Positions 37,201 to 49,830 of a stretch of DNA of 64,000 nt are shown here, in pieces. Origin of the DNA: the human T2T-CHM13v2.0 reference genome, Homo sapiens; NCBI RefSeq assembly GCF_009914755.1, contig NC_060948.1; one strand, written 5' to 3'. The position numbers and the translations under genes were made by a program. Each line of letters opens with the position of its first letter. The stretch's first letter is position 1. The notes under the pieces are model-generated. The model worked only from the letters and a program-made list of their open reading frames with translations, was not told the origin of the DNA and did not search any database.

Positions 37201-40200
37201 TCTGGCAGATTCATGGTGTTGCTCACTTCAAGAATGAAGCAGCAGACCTTACTGGTGAGTGTTACAGCACTTAAAACTGTTATGTCCAGAGTTTGTTCCT
37301 TCAGATATTTCCAGAGTTTCTTCCTTCTGGCAGGTTCGTGGTCTTGCTCACTTCTTTAATGCAGCTGCAGACCTTACTGATGAGTGTTACAGCACTTAAA
37401 GGTGTTATGTCCAGAGTTTGTTCCTTCAGATGTGTCCAGTGTTTCTTCCTTCTGGCAGGTTCATGGTCTTGCTCACTTCTTTAATGAAGCTGCAGACCTT
37501 ACTGGTGAGTGTTACAGCACTTAAAGGTGTTATGTCCACAGTTTGTTCCTTCAGATGTGTCCAGAGTGTCTTCCTTCTGGCAGGTACATGGTCTTGCTCA
37601 CTTCAAGAATGAAGCTGCAGACCTTACTGGTGAGTGTTACAGCACTTAAATGTGTTATGTCCAGAGTTTGTTCCTTCAGATGTGTCCAGGGTTTCTGTCT
37701 TCTGGCAGGTTCATGGTCTTCCTCACTTCAAGAATGAAGCTGCCGACCTTAGTGGTGAGTGTTACAGCACTTGAAGGTGTTATGTCCAGAGTTCCTTCCT
37801 TCAGATGTGTCCAGCGTTTCTTCCTTCTGGCAGGTTCATGGTCTTCCTCACTTCAAGAATGAAGCTGCAGACCTTACTGGTGAGTGTTACAGCAATTAAA
37901 GTTGTTATGTCCAGAGCTTGTTCCTTCAGATGCGTCCAGAGTTTCTTCCTTCTGGCAGGTTCATGGTGTTGCTCACTTCAAGAATGAAGGTGCAGACCTT
38001 AGTGGTGAGTGTTACAGCACTTAAAGGTGTTATGTCCAGACTTTGTTCCTTCAGATATGTCCAGAGTTTCTTCCTTCTGGCAGGTTCATTGTCTTGCTCA
38101 TTTCAAGAATGAAGCTGCAGACCTTAGTGGTGAGTGTTACAGCACTTACAGGTGTTATGTCCAGAGTTTGTTCCTTCAGATGTTTCCAGAGTTTCTTCCT
38201 TTGAGCAGGTTCGTGTTCTTCCTCACTTCAAGAATGAAGCTGCAGACCTTACTGGTGAGTGTTACAGCACTTAAAGGTGTTATGTCCAGAGTTTGTTCCT
38301 TCAGATGTGTCCAGAGTTTCTTCCTTCTTGCAGGTTCGTGGTCTTGCTCACTTCCTTAATGAAGCTGCAGACCTTACTGGTGAATGTTACAGCACTTAAA
38401 GGTGTTATGTCCAGAGTTTGTTCCTTCAGATGTGTCCTGAGTGTCTTCCTTCTTGCAGGTTCATGGTCTTGCTCACTTCATTAATGAAGCTGCAGACCTT
38501 ACTGGTGAGTGATACAGCACTTAAAGGTGTTATGTCCAGAGTTTGTTCCTTCAGATGTGTCCAGGGTTTCTGTCTTCTGGCAGTTACATGGTGTTGCTCA
38601 CTTCAAGAATGAAGCTGCAGACCTTAGTGTTGAGTGTTACAGCACTTAAAGGTGTTATGTCCAGAGTTTGTTCCTTGAGATGTGTCCAGAGTTTCTTCCT
38701 TCTTGCAGGTTCGTGGTCTTGCTCACTTCCTTAATGAAGCTGCAGACCTTACTGGTGAGTGTTACAGCACTTAAAGGTGTTATGTCCAGAGTTTGTTCCT
38801 TCAGATGTGTCCAGTGTTTCTTCCTTCTGGCAGGTTCATCGTCTTGCTGACTTCCCTAATGAAGCTGCAGACCTTACTGGTGAGTGTTACAGCACTTAAA
38901 GGTGTTATGTCCAGAGTTTGTTCCTTCAGATGTGTCCAGGGTTTCTGTCTTCTGGCAGGTACATGGTCTTGCTCACTTCAAGAATGAAGCGGCCGAACTT
39001 AATGGTGAGTGTTACAGCACTTAAAGGTTTTATGTCCAGAGTTTTTTCCTTCAGATGTGTCCAGCGTTTCTTCCTTCTGGCAGGTTCATGGTCTTGCTCA
39101 CTTCAAGAATGAAGCTGCAGACCTTACTGTTGAGTGTTAAAGCAATTAAAGGTGTTATGTCCAGAGTTTGTTCCTTCAGATGTGTCCAGAGTTTCTTCCT
39201 TCTGGCAGGTTCATGGTGTTGCTCACTTCAAGAATGAAGCTGCAGACTTTAGTGTTGAGTGTTACAGCACTTAAAGGTGTTATGTCCAGAGTTTGTTCCT
39301 TGAGATGTGTCCAGAGTTTCTTCCTTCTTGCAGGTTCGTGGTCTTGCTCACTTCCTTAATGAAGCTGCAGACCTTACTGGTGAGTGTTACAGCACTTAAA
39401 GGTGTTATGTCCAGAGTTTGTTCCTTCAGATGTGTCCAGTGTTTCTTCCTTCTGGCAGGTTCATGGTCTTGCTCACTTCAAGAATGAAGCTGCAGACTTT
39501 TGTGGTGAGTGTTACAGCAGTTAAAGTTGTTATGTCCAGAATTTGTTCCTTTTAGATGTGTCCAGTGATTCTTCCTTCTGGCAGGTTCATGATCTTGCTC
39601 ACTTCAAGAATGAAGCTGCAGACCTTACTGGTGAGTGTTACAGCACTTAAAGCTGTAATGTACAGAGTTTGATCCTTCAGATGTTGCCAGAGTTTCTTCC
39701 TTCTAGCAGGTTCGTGGTCTTGGTCACTTCTTTAATGAAGCTGCAGACCTTACTGGTGAGTGCTACAGCACTTAAAGGTGTTATGTCCAGAGTTTGTTTC
39801 TTCAGATGTGTCCAGAGTTTCTTCCTTCTGGCAGTTTCGTGGTCTTCCTCACTTCAACAATGAAGCTGCAGACCTTACTGGTGAGTGTTACAGCACTTAA
39901 ACGTGTTATGTCCAGAGTTTTTTCCTTCAGATGTGTCTAGAGTGTCTTCTTTCTGGAAGGTTCATGGTCTTGCTCACTTCACTAGTGAAGCTGCAGACCT
40001 TACTGGGGAGTTTTACAGCACTTAAAGGTGTTTTGTCCAGAGTTTGTTTCTTCAGATGTGTCCAGAGTTTCTTCCTTCTAGCAGGTTCATTGTCTTGCTC
40101 ATTTCAAGAATTAACCTGCAGACCTTAGTGGTGAGTGTTACAGCACGTAAAGGTGTTATGTCCAGAGTTTGTTCCTTCAGATGTGTCCAGAGTTTCTTCC

Positions 40201-43200
40201 TTCTGGCAGGATCATGGTGTTGCTCACTTCAAGAATGAAGCTGCAGACCTTACTGGTGAGTGTTACAGCATTTAAAGCTGTTATGTCCAGAGTTTGTTCC
40301 TTCACATGTTTCCAGAGTTTCTTCCTTCTGGCAGGTTCGTGGTCTTGCTCACTCCTTTAATGAAGCTGCAGACCTTACTGGTGAGTGTTACAGCACTTAA
40401 AGGTGTTATGTCCAGAGTTTGTTCCTTCAGATGTGTCCAGAGTTTCTTCCTTCTTGCAGGTTGGTGGTCTTGCTCACTTCCTTAATGAAGCTGCAGACCT
40501 TACTGGTGAATGTTACAGCACTTAAAGGTGTTATGTCCAGAGATTGTTCCTTCAGATGTGTCCTGACTGTCTTCCTTCTGGCAGGTTCATGGTCTTGCTC
40601 ACTTCACTAATGAAGCTGCAGACGTTACTGGTGAGTGTTACAGCACTTAAAGGTGTTATGTCCAGAGTTTCTTCCTTCAGATGTGTCCAGGGTTTCTGTC
40701 TTCTGGCAGGTACATGGTCTTGCTCACTTCAAGAATGAAGCTGCCGAACTTAGTGGTGAGTGTTACAGCACTTAAAGGTGTTATGTCCAGAGTTTTTTCC
40801 TTCAGATGTGTCCAGCGTTTCTTCCTTCTGGCAGTTTCATGGTCTTGCTCACTTCAAGAATGAAGCTGCAGACCTTACTGTTGAGTGTTAAAGCACTTAA
40901 AGGTGTTATGTCCAGAGTTTGTTCCTTCAGATGTGTCCAGAGTTTCTTCCTTCTGGCAGGTTCATGGTGTTGCTCACTTCAAGAATGAAGCTGCAGACCT
41001 TAGTGTTGAGTGTTACAGCACTTAAAGGTGTTTTGCCCAGAGACTGTTCCTTCAGATGTGTCCAGAGTTTCTTCCTTCTAGCAGGTTCATTGTCTTGCTC
41101 ATTTCAAGAATGAAGCTGCAGACCTTAGTGGTGAGTGTTACAACAGTTAAAGGTGTTATGTCCAGAGTTTTTTCCTTCAGAAGTGTCCAGAGTGTCTTCC
41201 TTCTGGCAGGTTCATGGTCTTGCTCACTTAACTAATGAAGCTGCAGACCTTACTGGTGAGTGTTACAGCTCTTAAAGTTGTTATGTCCAGAGTTTGTTCC
41301 TTCAGATGTGTCCAGAGTTTCTGTCTTCTGGCAGGTTCATGGTGTTGCTCACTTCAAGAGTGAAGCTGTAGACATTAGTGGTGAGTGTTACAGCACTTAA
41401 AGGTGTTATGTCCAGAGATTTTTCCTTCAGATGTGTCCAGCGTTTCTTCCTTCTGGCAGGTTCATGGTCTTGCTCACTTCAAGAATGAAGCTGCACACCT
41501 TACTGTTGAGTGTTAAGGCACTTAAAGGTGTTATTTCCAGAGTTTGTTCCTTCAGACGTGTCCAGGGTTTCTTCCTCCTGGCAGGTTCATGGTGTTGCTC
41601 CCTTCCAGAATGAAGCTGCAGACCTTAGTGTTGAGTGTTACAACACTTAAAGGTGTTATGTCCAGAGTTTTTTCCTTCAGATATGTCCAGCGTTTCTTCC
41701 TTCTGGCAGGTTCACGGTCTTGCACACTTCAAGAAAGAAGCTGCAGACGTTACTGTTGAGTTTTAAAGCACTTAAAGCTGTTATGTCTAGAGTTTATTCC
41801 TTCAGATGTGTCCAGAATTTCTTCCTTCTGGCAGGTTCATGGTGTTGCTCACTTCAAGAATGAAGCTGCAGACCTTAGTGTTGGGTTTTACAGCACTTAA
41901 AGGTGTTATATCCAGAGTTTGTTCCTTCAGATGTGTCCAGAGTTTCTTCCTTCTTGCAGGTTCGTGGTCTTGCTCACTTCCTTAATGAAGCTGCAGACCT
42001 TACTGGTGAGTGTTACAGCACTTAAAGGTGTTATGTCCAGAGTTTGTTCCTTCAGATGTGTCCAGTGTTTCTTCCTTCTGGCAGGTTGATGGTCTTACTC
42101 ACTTCACTAATGAAGCTGCAGACCTTACTGGTGAGTGTTACAGCCCTTAAAGGTGTTATGTCCAGAGTTTGTTCCTTCAGATGTGTCCAGGGTTTCTGTC
42201 TTCTCGAAGGTACATGGTCTTCCTCACTTCAAGAATGAAGCTGCCGAACTTAGTGGTGAGTGTTACAGCACTTAAAGGTGTTATGTCCAGAGTTTTTTCC
42301 TTCAGATGTGTCCAGCGTTTCTTCCTTCTGACAGGTTCATCGTCTTGCTCACTTCAAGAATGAAGCTGCAGACCTTACTGTTGATTGTTAAAGCACTTAA
42401 AGGTGTTATGTCCAGAGTTTGTTCCATCAGATGTGTCCAGAGTTTCTTCCTTCTGGCAGGTTCATGGTGTTGCTCACTTCAAGAATGAAGCTGCAGACCT
42501 TAGTGTTGAGTGTTACAGCACTTAAAGGTGTTATGTCCAGAGTTTGTTCCTTGAGATGTGTCCAGAGTTTCTTCCTTCTTGCAGGTTCGTGGTCTTGCTC
42601 ACTTCCTTAATGAAGCTGCAGACCTTACTGGTGAGTGTTACAGCACTTAAAGGTGGTATGTCCAGAGTTTGTTCCTTCAGATGTGTCCAGTGTTTCTTCC
42701 TTCTGGCTGTTTCATGGTTTGCTCACTTCAAGAATGAAGCTGCAGACTTTTGTGGTGAGTGTTACAGCAGTTAAAGTTGTTATGTCCAGAATTTGTTCCT
42801 TAAGATGTGTCCAGGGTTTCTTCCTTCTGGCAGGTTCATGGTCTTGCTCACTTCAAGAATGAAGCTGCAGTCCTTACTGGTGAGTGTTACAGCACTTAAA
42901 GCTGTTATGTCCAGAGTTTGATCCTTCAGATGTTGCCAGAGTTTCTTCCTTCTAGCAGTTTCGTGGTCTTGCTCTCTTCTTTAATGAAGCTGCAGACCTT
43001 ACTGGTGAGTGCTACAACACTTAAAGGTGTTATGTCCAGAGCTTGTTTCTTCAGATGTGTCCAGAGTTTCTTCCTTCTGTCAGTTTCGTGGTCTTCCTCA
43101 CTTCAACAATGAAACTGCAGACCTTACTGGTGAGTGTTACAGCACTTAAAGGTGTTATGTCCAGAGTTTGTTCCTTCAGATGTGTCCAGAGTGTCTTCTT

Positions 43201-46200
43201 TCTGGCAGGTTCATGGTCTTGCTCACTTCACCAATGAAGCTGCAGACCTTACTGGGGAGTGTTACAGCACTTAAAGGTGTTTTGTCCAGTGTTTGTTCCT
43301 TCAGATGTGTCCAGAGTTTCTTCCTTCTAGCAGGTTCATTGTCTTGCTCATTTCAAGAATTAAGCTGCAGACCTTAGTGGTAAGTGTTACAGCACGTAAA
43401 GGTGTTATGTCCAGAGTTTTTTCCTTCAGATGTGTCCAGAGTTTCTTCCTTCTGGCAGGTTCATAGTGTTGCTCACTTCAAGAATGAAGCTGCAGACCTT
43501 ACTGGTGAGTGTTACAGCACTTAAAGCTGTTATGTCCAGAGTTTGTTCCTTCAGATATTTCCAGAGTTTCTTCCTTCTGGCAGGTTCGTGGTCTTGCTCA
43601 CTTCTTTAATGAAGCTGCAGACCTTACTGGTGAGTGTTACAGCACTTAAATGTGTTATGTCCAGAGTTTGTTTCTTCAGATGTGTCCAGAGTTTCTTCCT
43701 TCTAGCAGTTTCGTGGTCTTCCTCACTTCAAGAATGAAGCTGCAGACCTTAATGGTGAGTGTTACAGCACTTAAAGTTGTTATGTCCAGAGTTTGTTCCT
43801 TCAGATGTGTCCAGAGTGTCTTCCTTCTGGCAGGTTCATGGTCTTGCTCACGTCAGTAATGAAGCTGCAGACCTTACTGTTGAGTGTTACAGCACTTAAA
43901 GGTGTTATGTCCAGAGTTTGTTCCTTCAGATGTGTCCAGGGTTTCTGTCTTCTGGCAGATTCATGGTCTTGCTCACTTCAAGAATGAAGTTGCAGACCTT
44001 AGTGGTGAGTGTTACAGCACTTAAAGGTGTTATGTCCAGAGTTTTTTCCTTCAGATGTGTCCAGCGTTTCTTCCTTCTGGCAGGTTCATGGTCTTGCTCA
44101 CTTCAAGAATGACGCTGCAGACCTTACTGTTGAGTGTTAAAGCACTTAAAGGTGTTATCTCCAGAGATTGTTCCTTCAGATGTGGCCAGAGTTTCTTCCT
44201 TCTGGCAGGTTCATGGTGTTGCTCACTTCAACAATGAAGCTGCAGACCTTAGTGTTGAGTGTTACAGCAGTTAAAGGTGTTATGTCCAGAGTTTGTTCCT
44301 TTAGATGTGTCCAGAGTTTCTTCCTTCTTGCGGGGTCGTGGTCTTGTTCACTTCATTAATGAAGCTGCAGACCTTACTGCTGAGTGTTACAGCACTTAAA
44401 GGTGTTATGTCCAGAGTTTGTTCCTTCAGATGTGTCCAGTGTTTCTTCCTTCTGGCAGGTTCATGGTGTTGCTCACTTCAAGAATGAAGCTGCAGACCTT
44501 ACTGGTGAGTGTTACAGCACACAAAGGTGTTATGTGCAGAGTTTGTTCCTTCAGATGTGTCCAGAGTTTCTTCCTTCTTGCAGGTTGGTGGTCTTGCTCA
44601 CTTCCTTAATGGAGCTGCAGACCTTACTGGTGAATGTTGCAGCACTTAAAGGTGTTATGTCCAGAGTTTGTTCCTTCAGATGTGTCCAGGGTTTCTGTCT
44701 TCTGGCAGGTACATGGTCTTGCTCACTTCAAGAATGAAGCTGCCGAACTTAGTGGTGAGTGTTACAGCACTTAAAGGTTTTATGTCCAGAGTTTTTTCCT
44801 TCAGATGTGTCCAGCGTTTCTTCCTTCTGGCAGGTTCATGGTCTTGCTCACTTCAAGAATGAAGCCGCAGACCTTACTGTTGAGTGTTAAAGCACTTAAA
44901 GGTGTTATGTCCAGAGTTTGTTCCTTCAGATGTGTCCAGAGTTTCTTCCTTCTGGCAGGTTCATGGTGTTGCTCACTTCAAGAATGAAGCTGCAGACCTT
45001 AGTGTTGAGTGTTACAGCACTAAAAGGTGTTTTGTCCAGAGTTTGTTCCTTGAGATGTGTCCAGATTTTCTTCCTTCTAGCAGGTTCATTCTCTGGCTCA
45101 TTTCAAGAATGAAGCTGCAGACCTTAGTGGTGAGTGTTACAACAGTTAAAGGTGTTATGTCCAGAGTTTTTTCCTTCAGATGTGTCCAGAGTGTCTTCCT
45201 TCTGGCAGGTTCATGGTCTTGCTCACTTAACTAATGAAGCTGCAGACCTTACTGGTGAGTGTTACAGCACTTAAAGTTGTTATGTCCAGAGTTTGTTCCT
45301 TCAGTTGTGTCCAGAGTTTCTGTCTTCTGGCAGGTTCATGGTCTTGCTCACTTCAAGAATGAAGCTGCAGTCCTTAGTGGTGAGTGTTACAGCACTTAAA
45401 GGTGTTATGTCCAGAGATTTTTCCTTCAGATTTGTCCAGCGTTTCTTCCTTCTGGCACGTTCATGGTCTTGCTCACTTCAAGAATGAAGCTGCAGACCTT
45501 ACTGTTGAGTGTTAAGGCACTTAAAGGTGTTATTTCCAGAGTTTGTTCCTTCAGACGTGTCCAGAGTTTCTTCCTTCTGGCAGGTTCATGGTGTTGCTCA
45601 CTTCCAGAATGAAGCTGCAGACCTTAGTGTTGAGTGTTACAACACTTAAAGGTGTTATGTCCAGAGTTTTTTCCTTCAGATATGTCCAGCGTTTCTTCAT
45701 TCTGGCAGGTTCACGGTCTTGCACACTTCAAGAATGACGCTGCAGACCTTACTGTTGAGTTTTAAAGCACTTAAAGGTGTTATGTCCAGAGTTTGTTCCC
45801 TCAGATGTGTCAGAGTTTCTTCCTTCTGGCAGGTTCATGGTGTTGCTCACTTCAAGAATGAAGCTGCAGAACTTAGTGTTGAGTTTTACAGCACTTAAAG
45901 GTGTTATGTCCAGAGTTGTTCCTTCAGATGTGTCCAGAGTTTCTTCCTTCTTGCAGGTTCGTGGTCTTGCTCACTTCCTTAATGAAGCTGCAGACCTTCC
46001 TGGTGAGTGTTACAGCACTTAAAGGTGTTATGTCCAGAGTTTGTTCCTTCAGATATGTCCAGTGTTTCTTCCTTCTGGCAGGATCATGGTCTTGCTCACT
46101 TCACTAATGAAGCTGCAGACCTTACTGGTGAGTGTTACAGCAGTTAAAGGTGTTATGTCCAGAGTTTGTTCCTTCAGATGTGTCCAGGTTTTCTGTCTTC

Positions 46201-46519
46201 TGGCAGGTTCATGGTCTTGCTCACTTCAAGAATGAAGCTGCAGACCTTACTGGTGTGTGTTACAGCACTTAAAGCTGTTATGTCCAGAGTTTGATCCTTC
46301 AGATGTTGCCAGAGTTTCTTCCTTCTAGCAGGTTCGTGGTCTTGCTCACTTCTTTAATGAAGCTGCAGACCTTACTGGTGAGTGTTACAGCACTTAAAGG
46401 TGTTATGTCCTGAGTTTGTTTCTTCAGATGTGTCCAGAGTTTCTTCCTTCTGGCAGTTTCGTGGTCTCCCTCACTTCAACAATGAAGCTGCAGACCTTAC
46501 TGGTGAGTGTTACAGCACT

Positions 46520-49500
46520 TAAAGGTGTTATGTCCAGAGTTTGTTCCTTCAGATGTGTCCAGAGTGTCTTCCTTCTGGCAGGTTCATGGTCTTGCTCACT
46601 TCACTAAAGAAGCTGCAGACCTTACTGTGGAGTGTTACAGCACTTAAAGGTGTTTTGTCCAGAGTTTGTTTCTTCAGATGTGTCCAGAGATTCTTCCTTC
46701 TAGCAGGTTCATTCTCTTGCTCATTTCAAGAATTAAGCTGCAGACATTAGTGGTGAGTGTTACAGCACGTAAAGGTGTTATGTCCAGAGTTTGTTCCTTC
46801 AGATGTGTCCAGAGTTTCTTCCTTCTGACAGGTTCATGGTGTTGTTCACTTCAAGAATGAAGCTGCAGACCTTACTGGTGAGTGTTACAGCACTTAAAGC
46901 TGTTATGTCCAGAGTTTGTTCCTTCAGATGTTTCCAGAGTTTCTTCCTTCTGGCAGGTTCGTGGTCTTGCTCACTTCTTTAATGAAGCTGCAGACCTTAC
47001 TGGTGAGTGTTACAGCACTTAAAGATGTTATGTCCAGAGTTTGTTTCTTCAGATGTGTCCAGAGTTTCTTCCTTCTTGCAGTTTCGTGGTCTTGCTCACT
47101 TCCTTAATGAAGCTGCAGACCTTCCTGGTGAGTGTTACAGCACTTAAAGGTGTTATGTCCAGAGTTTGATCCTTCAGATGTTTCCAGAGTTTCTTCCTTC
47201 TGGCAGGTTCGTGGTCTTGCTCACTTCTTTAATGAAGCTGCAGACCTTACTGGTGAGTGTTACATCACTTAAAGGTGTTATGTCCAGAGATTGTTTCTTC
47301 AGATGTGTCCAGAGTTTCTTCCTTCTGGCATTTTCGTGGTCTTCCTCACTTCAAGAATGAAGCTGCAGACCTTAGTGTTGAGTGTTACACCACTTAAAAG
47401 TGTTATGTCCAGAGTTTGTTCCTTCAGATGTGTCCAGAGTGTCTTCCTTCTGGCAGGTTCATGGTCTTGCTCACTTCACTAATGAAGCTGCAGACCTTAC
47501 TGGGGAGTGTTACAGCACTTAAAGGTGTTTTGTCCAGAGTTTCTTCCTTCAGATGTGTCCAGAGTTTCTTCCTTCTAGCAGGTTCATTATCTTGCTCATT
47601 TCAAGAATTAAGCTGCAGACCTTAGTGGTGACTGTTACAGCACTTATAGGTGTTATGTCCAGAATTTGTTCCTTCAGATGTGTCCAGAGTTTCTTCCTTC
47701 TGGCAGGTTCATGGTGTTGCTCAATTCAAGAATGAAGCTGCAGACCATACTGGTGAGTGTTACAGCACTTAAAGCTGTTATGTCCAGAGTTTGTTCCTTC
47801 AGATGTTTCCAGAGTTTCTTCTTTCTGGCAGGTTCGTGGTCTTGCTCACTTCTTTAATGAAGCTGCAGACTTTACTGGTGAGTGTTACAGCACTTAAAGG
47901 TGTGATGTCCAGAGTTTGTTTCTTCAGATGTGTCCAGAGTATCTTCCTTCTGGCAGTTTCGTGGTCTTCCTCACTTCAAGAATGAAGCTGCAGACCTTAA
48001 TGGTGAGTGTTACAGCACTTAAAGTTGTTATGTCCAGAGTTTGTTCCTTCAGATGTGTGCAGAGTGTCTTCATTCTGGCAGGTTCATGGTCTTGTTCACT
48101 TCGCTAATGAAGCTGCAGACCTTACTGGTGAGTCTTACAGTACTTAAAGGTATTATGTCCAGAGTTTCTTCCTTCAGATGTGTCCAGGGTTTCTGTCTTC
48201 TGGCAGTTTCATGGTCTTGCTCACTTCAAGAATGAAGCTGCAGACCTTAGTGGTGAGTGTTACAGCACTTAAAGGTGTTATGTCCAGAGTTTTTTCCTTC
48301 AGATGTGTCCAGCGTTTCTTCCTTCTGGGAGGTTCATGGTCTTGCTCACTTCAAGAATGAAGCTGCAGACCTTACTGTTGAGTGTTAAAGGACTTAAAGG
48401 TGTTATGTCCAGAGTTTGTTCCTTCAGATGTGTCCAGAGTGTCTTCCTTCTGGCAGGTTCATGGTCTTGCTCACTTCACTAAAGAAGCTGCAGACCTCAC
48501 TGTGGAGTGTTACAGCACTTAAAGGTGTTTTGTCCAGAGTTTGTTTCTTCAGATGTGTCCAGAGATTCTTCCTTCTAGCAGGTTCATTCTCTTGCTCATT
48601 TCAAGAATTAAGCTGCAGACCTTAGTGGTGAGTGTTACAGCACGTAAAGGTGTTATGTCCAGAGTTTGTTCCTTCAGATGTGTCCAGAGTTTCTTCCTTC
48701 TGACAGGTTCATGGTGTTGCTCACTTCAAGAATGAAGCTGCAGACCTTACTGGTGAGTGTTACAGCACTTAAAGCTGTTATGTCCAGAGTTTGTTCCTTC
48801 AGATGTTTCCAGAGTTTCTTCCTTCTGGCAGGTTCGTGGTCTTGCTCACTTCTTTAATGAAGCTGCAGACCTTACTGGTGAGTGTTACAGCACTTAAAGA
48901 TGTTATGTCCAGAGTTTGTTTCTTCAGATGTGTCCAGAGTTTCTTCCTTCTTGCAGTTTCGTGGTCTTGCTCACTTCCTTAATGAAGCTGCAGACCTTCC
49001 TGGTGAGTGTTACAGCACTTAAAGGTGTTATGTCCAGAGTTTGATCCTTCAGATGTTTCCAGAGTTTCTTCCTTCTGGCAGGTTCGTGGTCTTGCTCACT
49101 TCTTTAATGAAGCTGCAGACCTTACTGGTGAGTGTTACATCACTTAAAGGTGTTATGTCCAGAGATTGTTTCTTCAGATGTGTCCAGAGTTTCTTCCTTC
49201 TGGCATTTTCGTGGTCTTCCTCACTTCAAGAATGAAGCTGCAGACCTTATTGTTGAGTGTTACACCACTTAAAAGTGTTATGTCCAGAGTTTGTTCCTTC
49301 AGATGTGTCCAGAGTGTCTTCCTTCTGGCAGGTTCATGGTCTTGCTCACTTCACTAATGAAGCTGCAGACCTTACTGGGGAGTGTTACAGCACTTAAAGG
49401 TGTTTTGTCCAGAGTTTCTTCCTTCAGATGTGTCCAGAGTTTCTTCCTTCTAGCAGGTTCATTATCTTGCTCATTTCAAGAATTAAGCTGCAGACCTTAG

Positions 49501-49830
49501 TGGTGACTGTTACAGCACTTATAGGTGTTATGTCCAGAATTTGTTCCTTCAGATGTGTCCAGAGTTTCTTCCTTCTGGCAGGTTCATGGTGTTGCTCAAT
49601 TCAAGAATGAAGCTGCAGACCATACTGGTGAGTGTTACAGCACTTAAAGCTGTTATGTCCAGAGTTTGTTCCTTCAGATGTTTCCAGAGTTTCTTCTTTC
49701 TGGCAGGTTCGTGGTCTTGCTCACTTCTTTAATGAAGCTGCAGACCTTACTGGTGAGTGTTACAGCACTTAAAGGTGTGATGTCCAGAGTTTGTTTCTTC
49801 AGATGTGTCCAGAGTATCTTCCTTCTGGCA
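46520..49830. repeat. ~1.4-kb block duplicated at offset 1875 bp (15 monomers)
   Basis: About 46520-47955 matches 48395-49830. ORF pairs 46666/48541, 46916/48791, 47166/49041, 47416/49291, 47553/49428 and 47666/49541 are identical. Confidence 0.9.
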
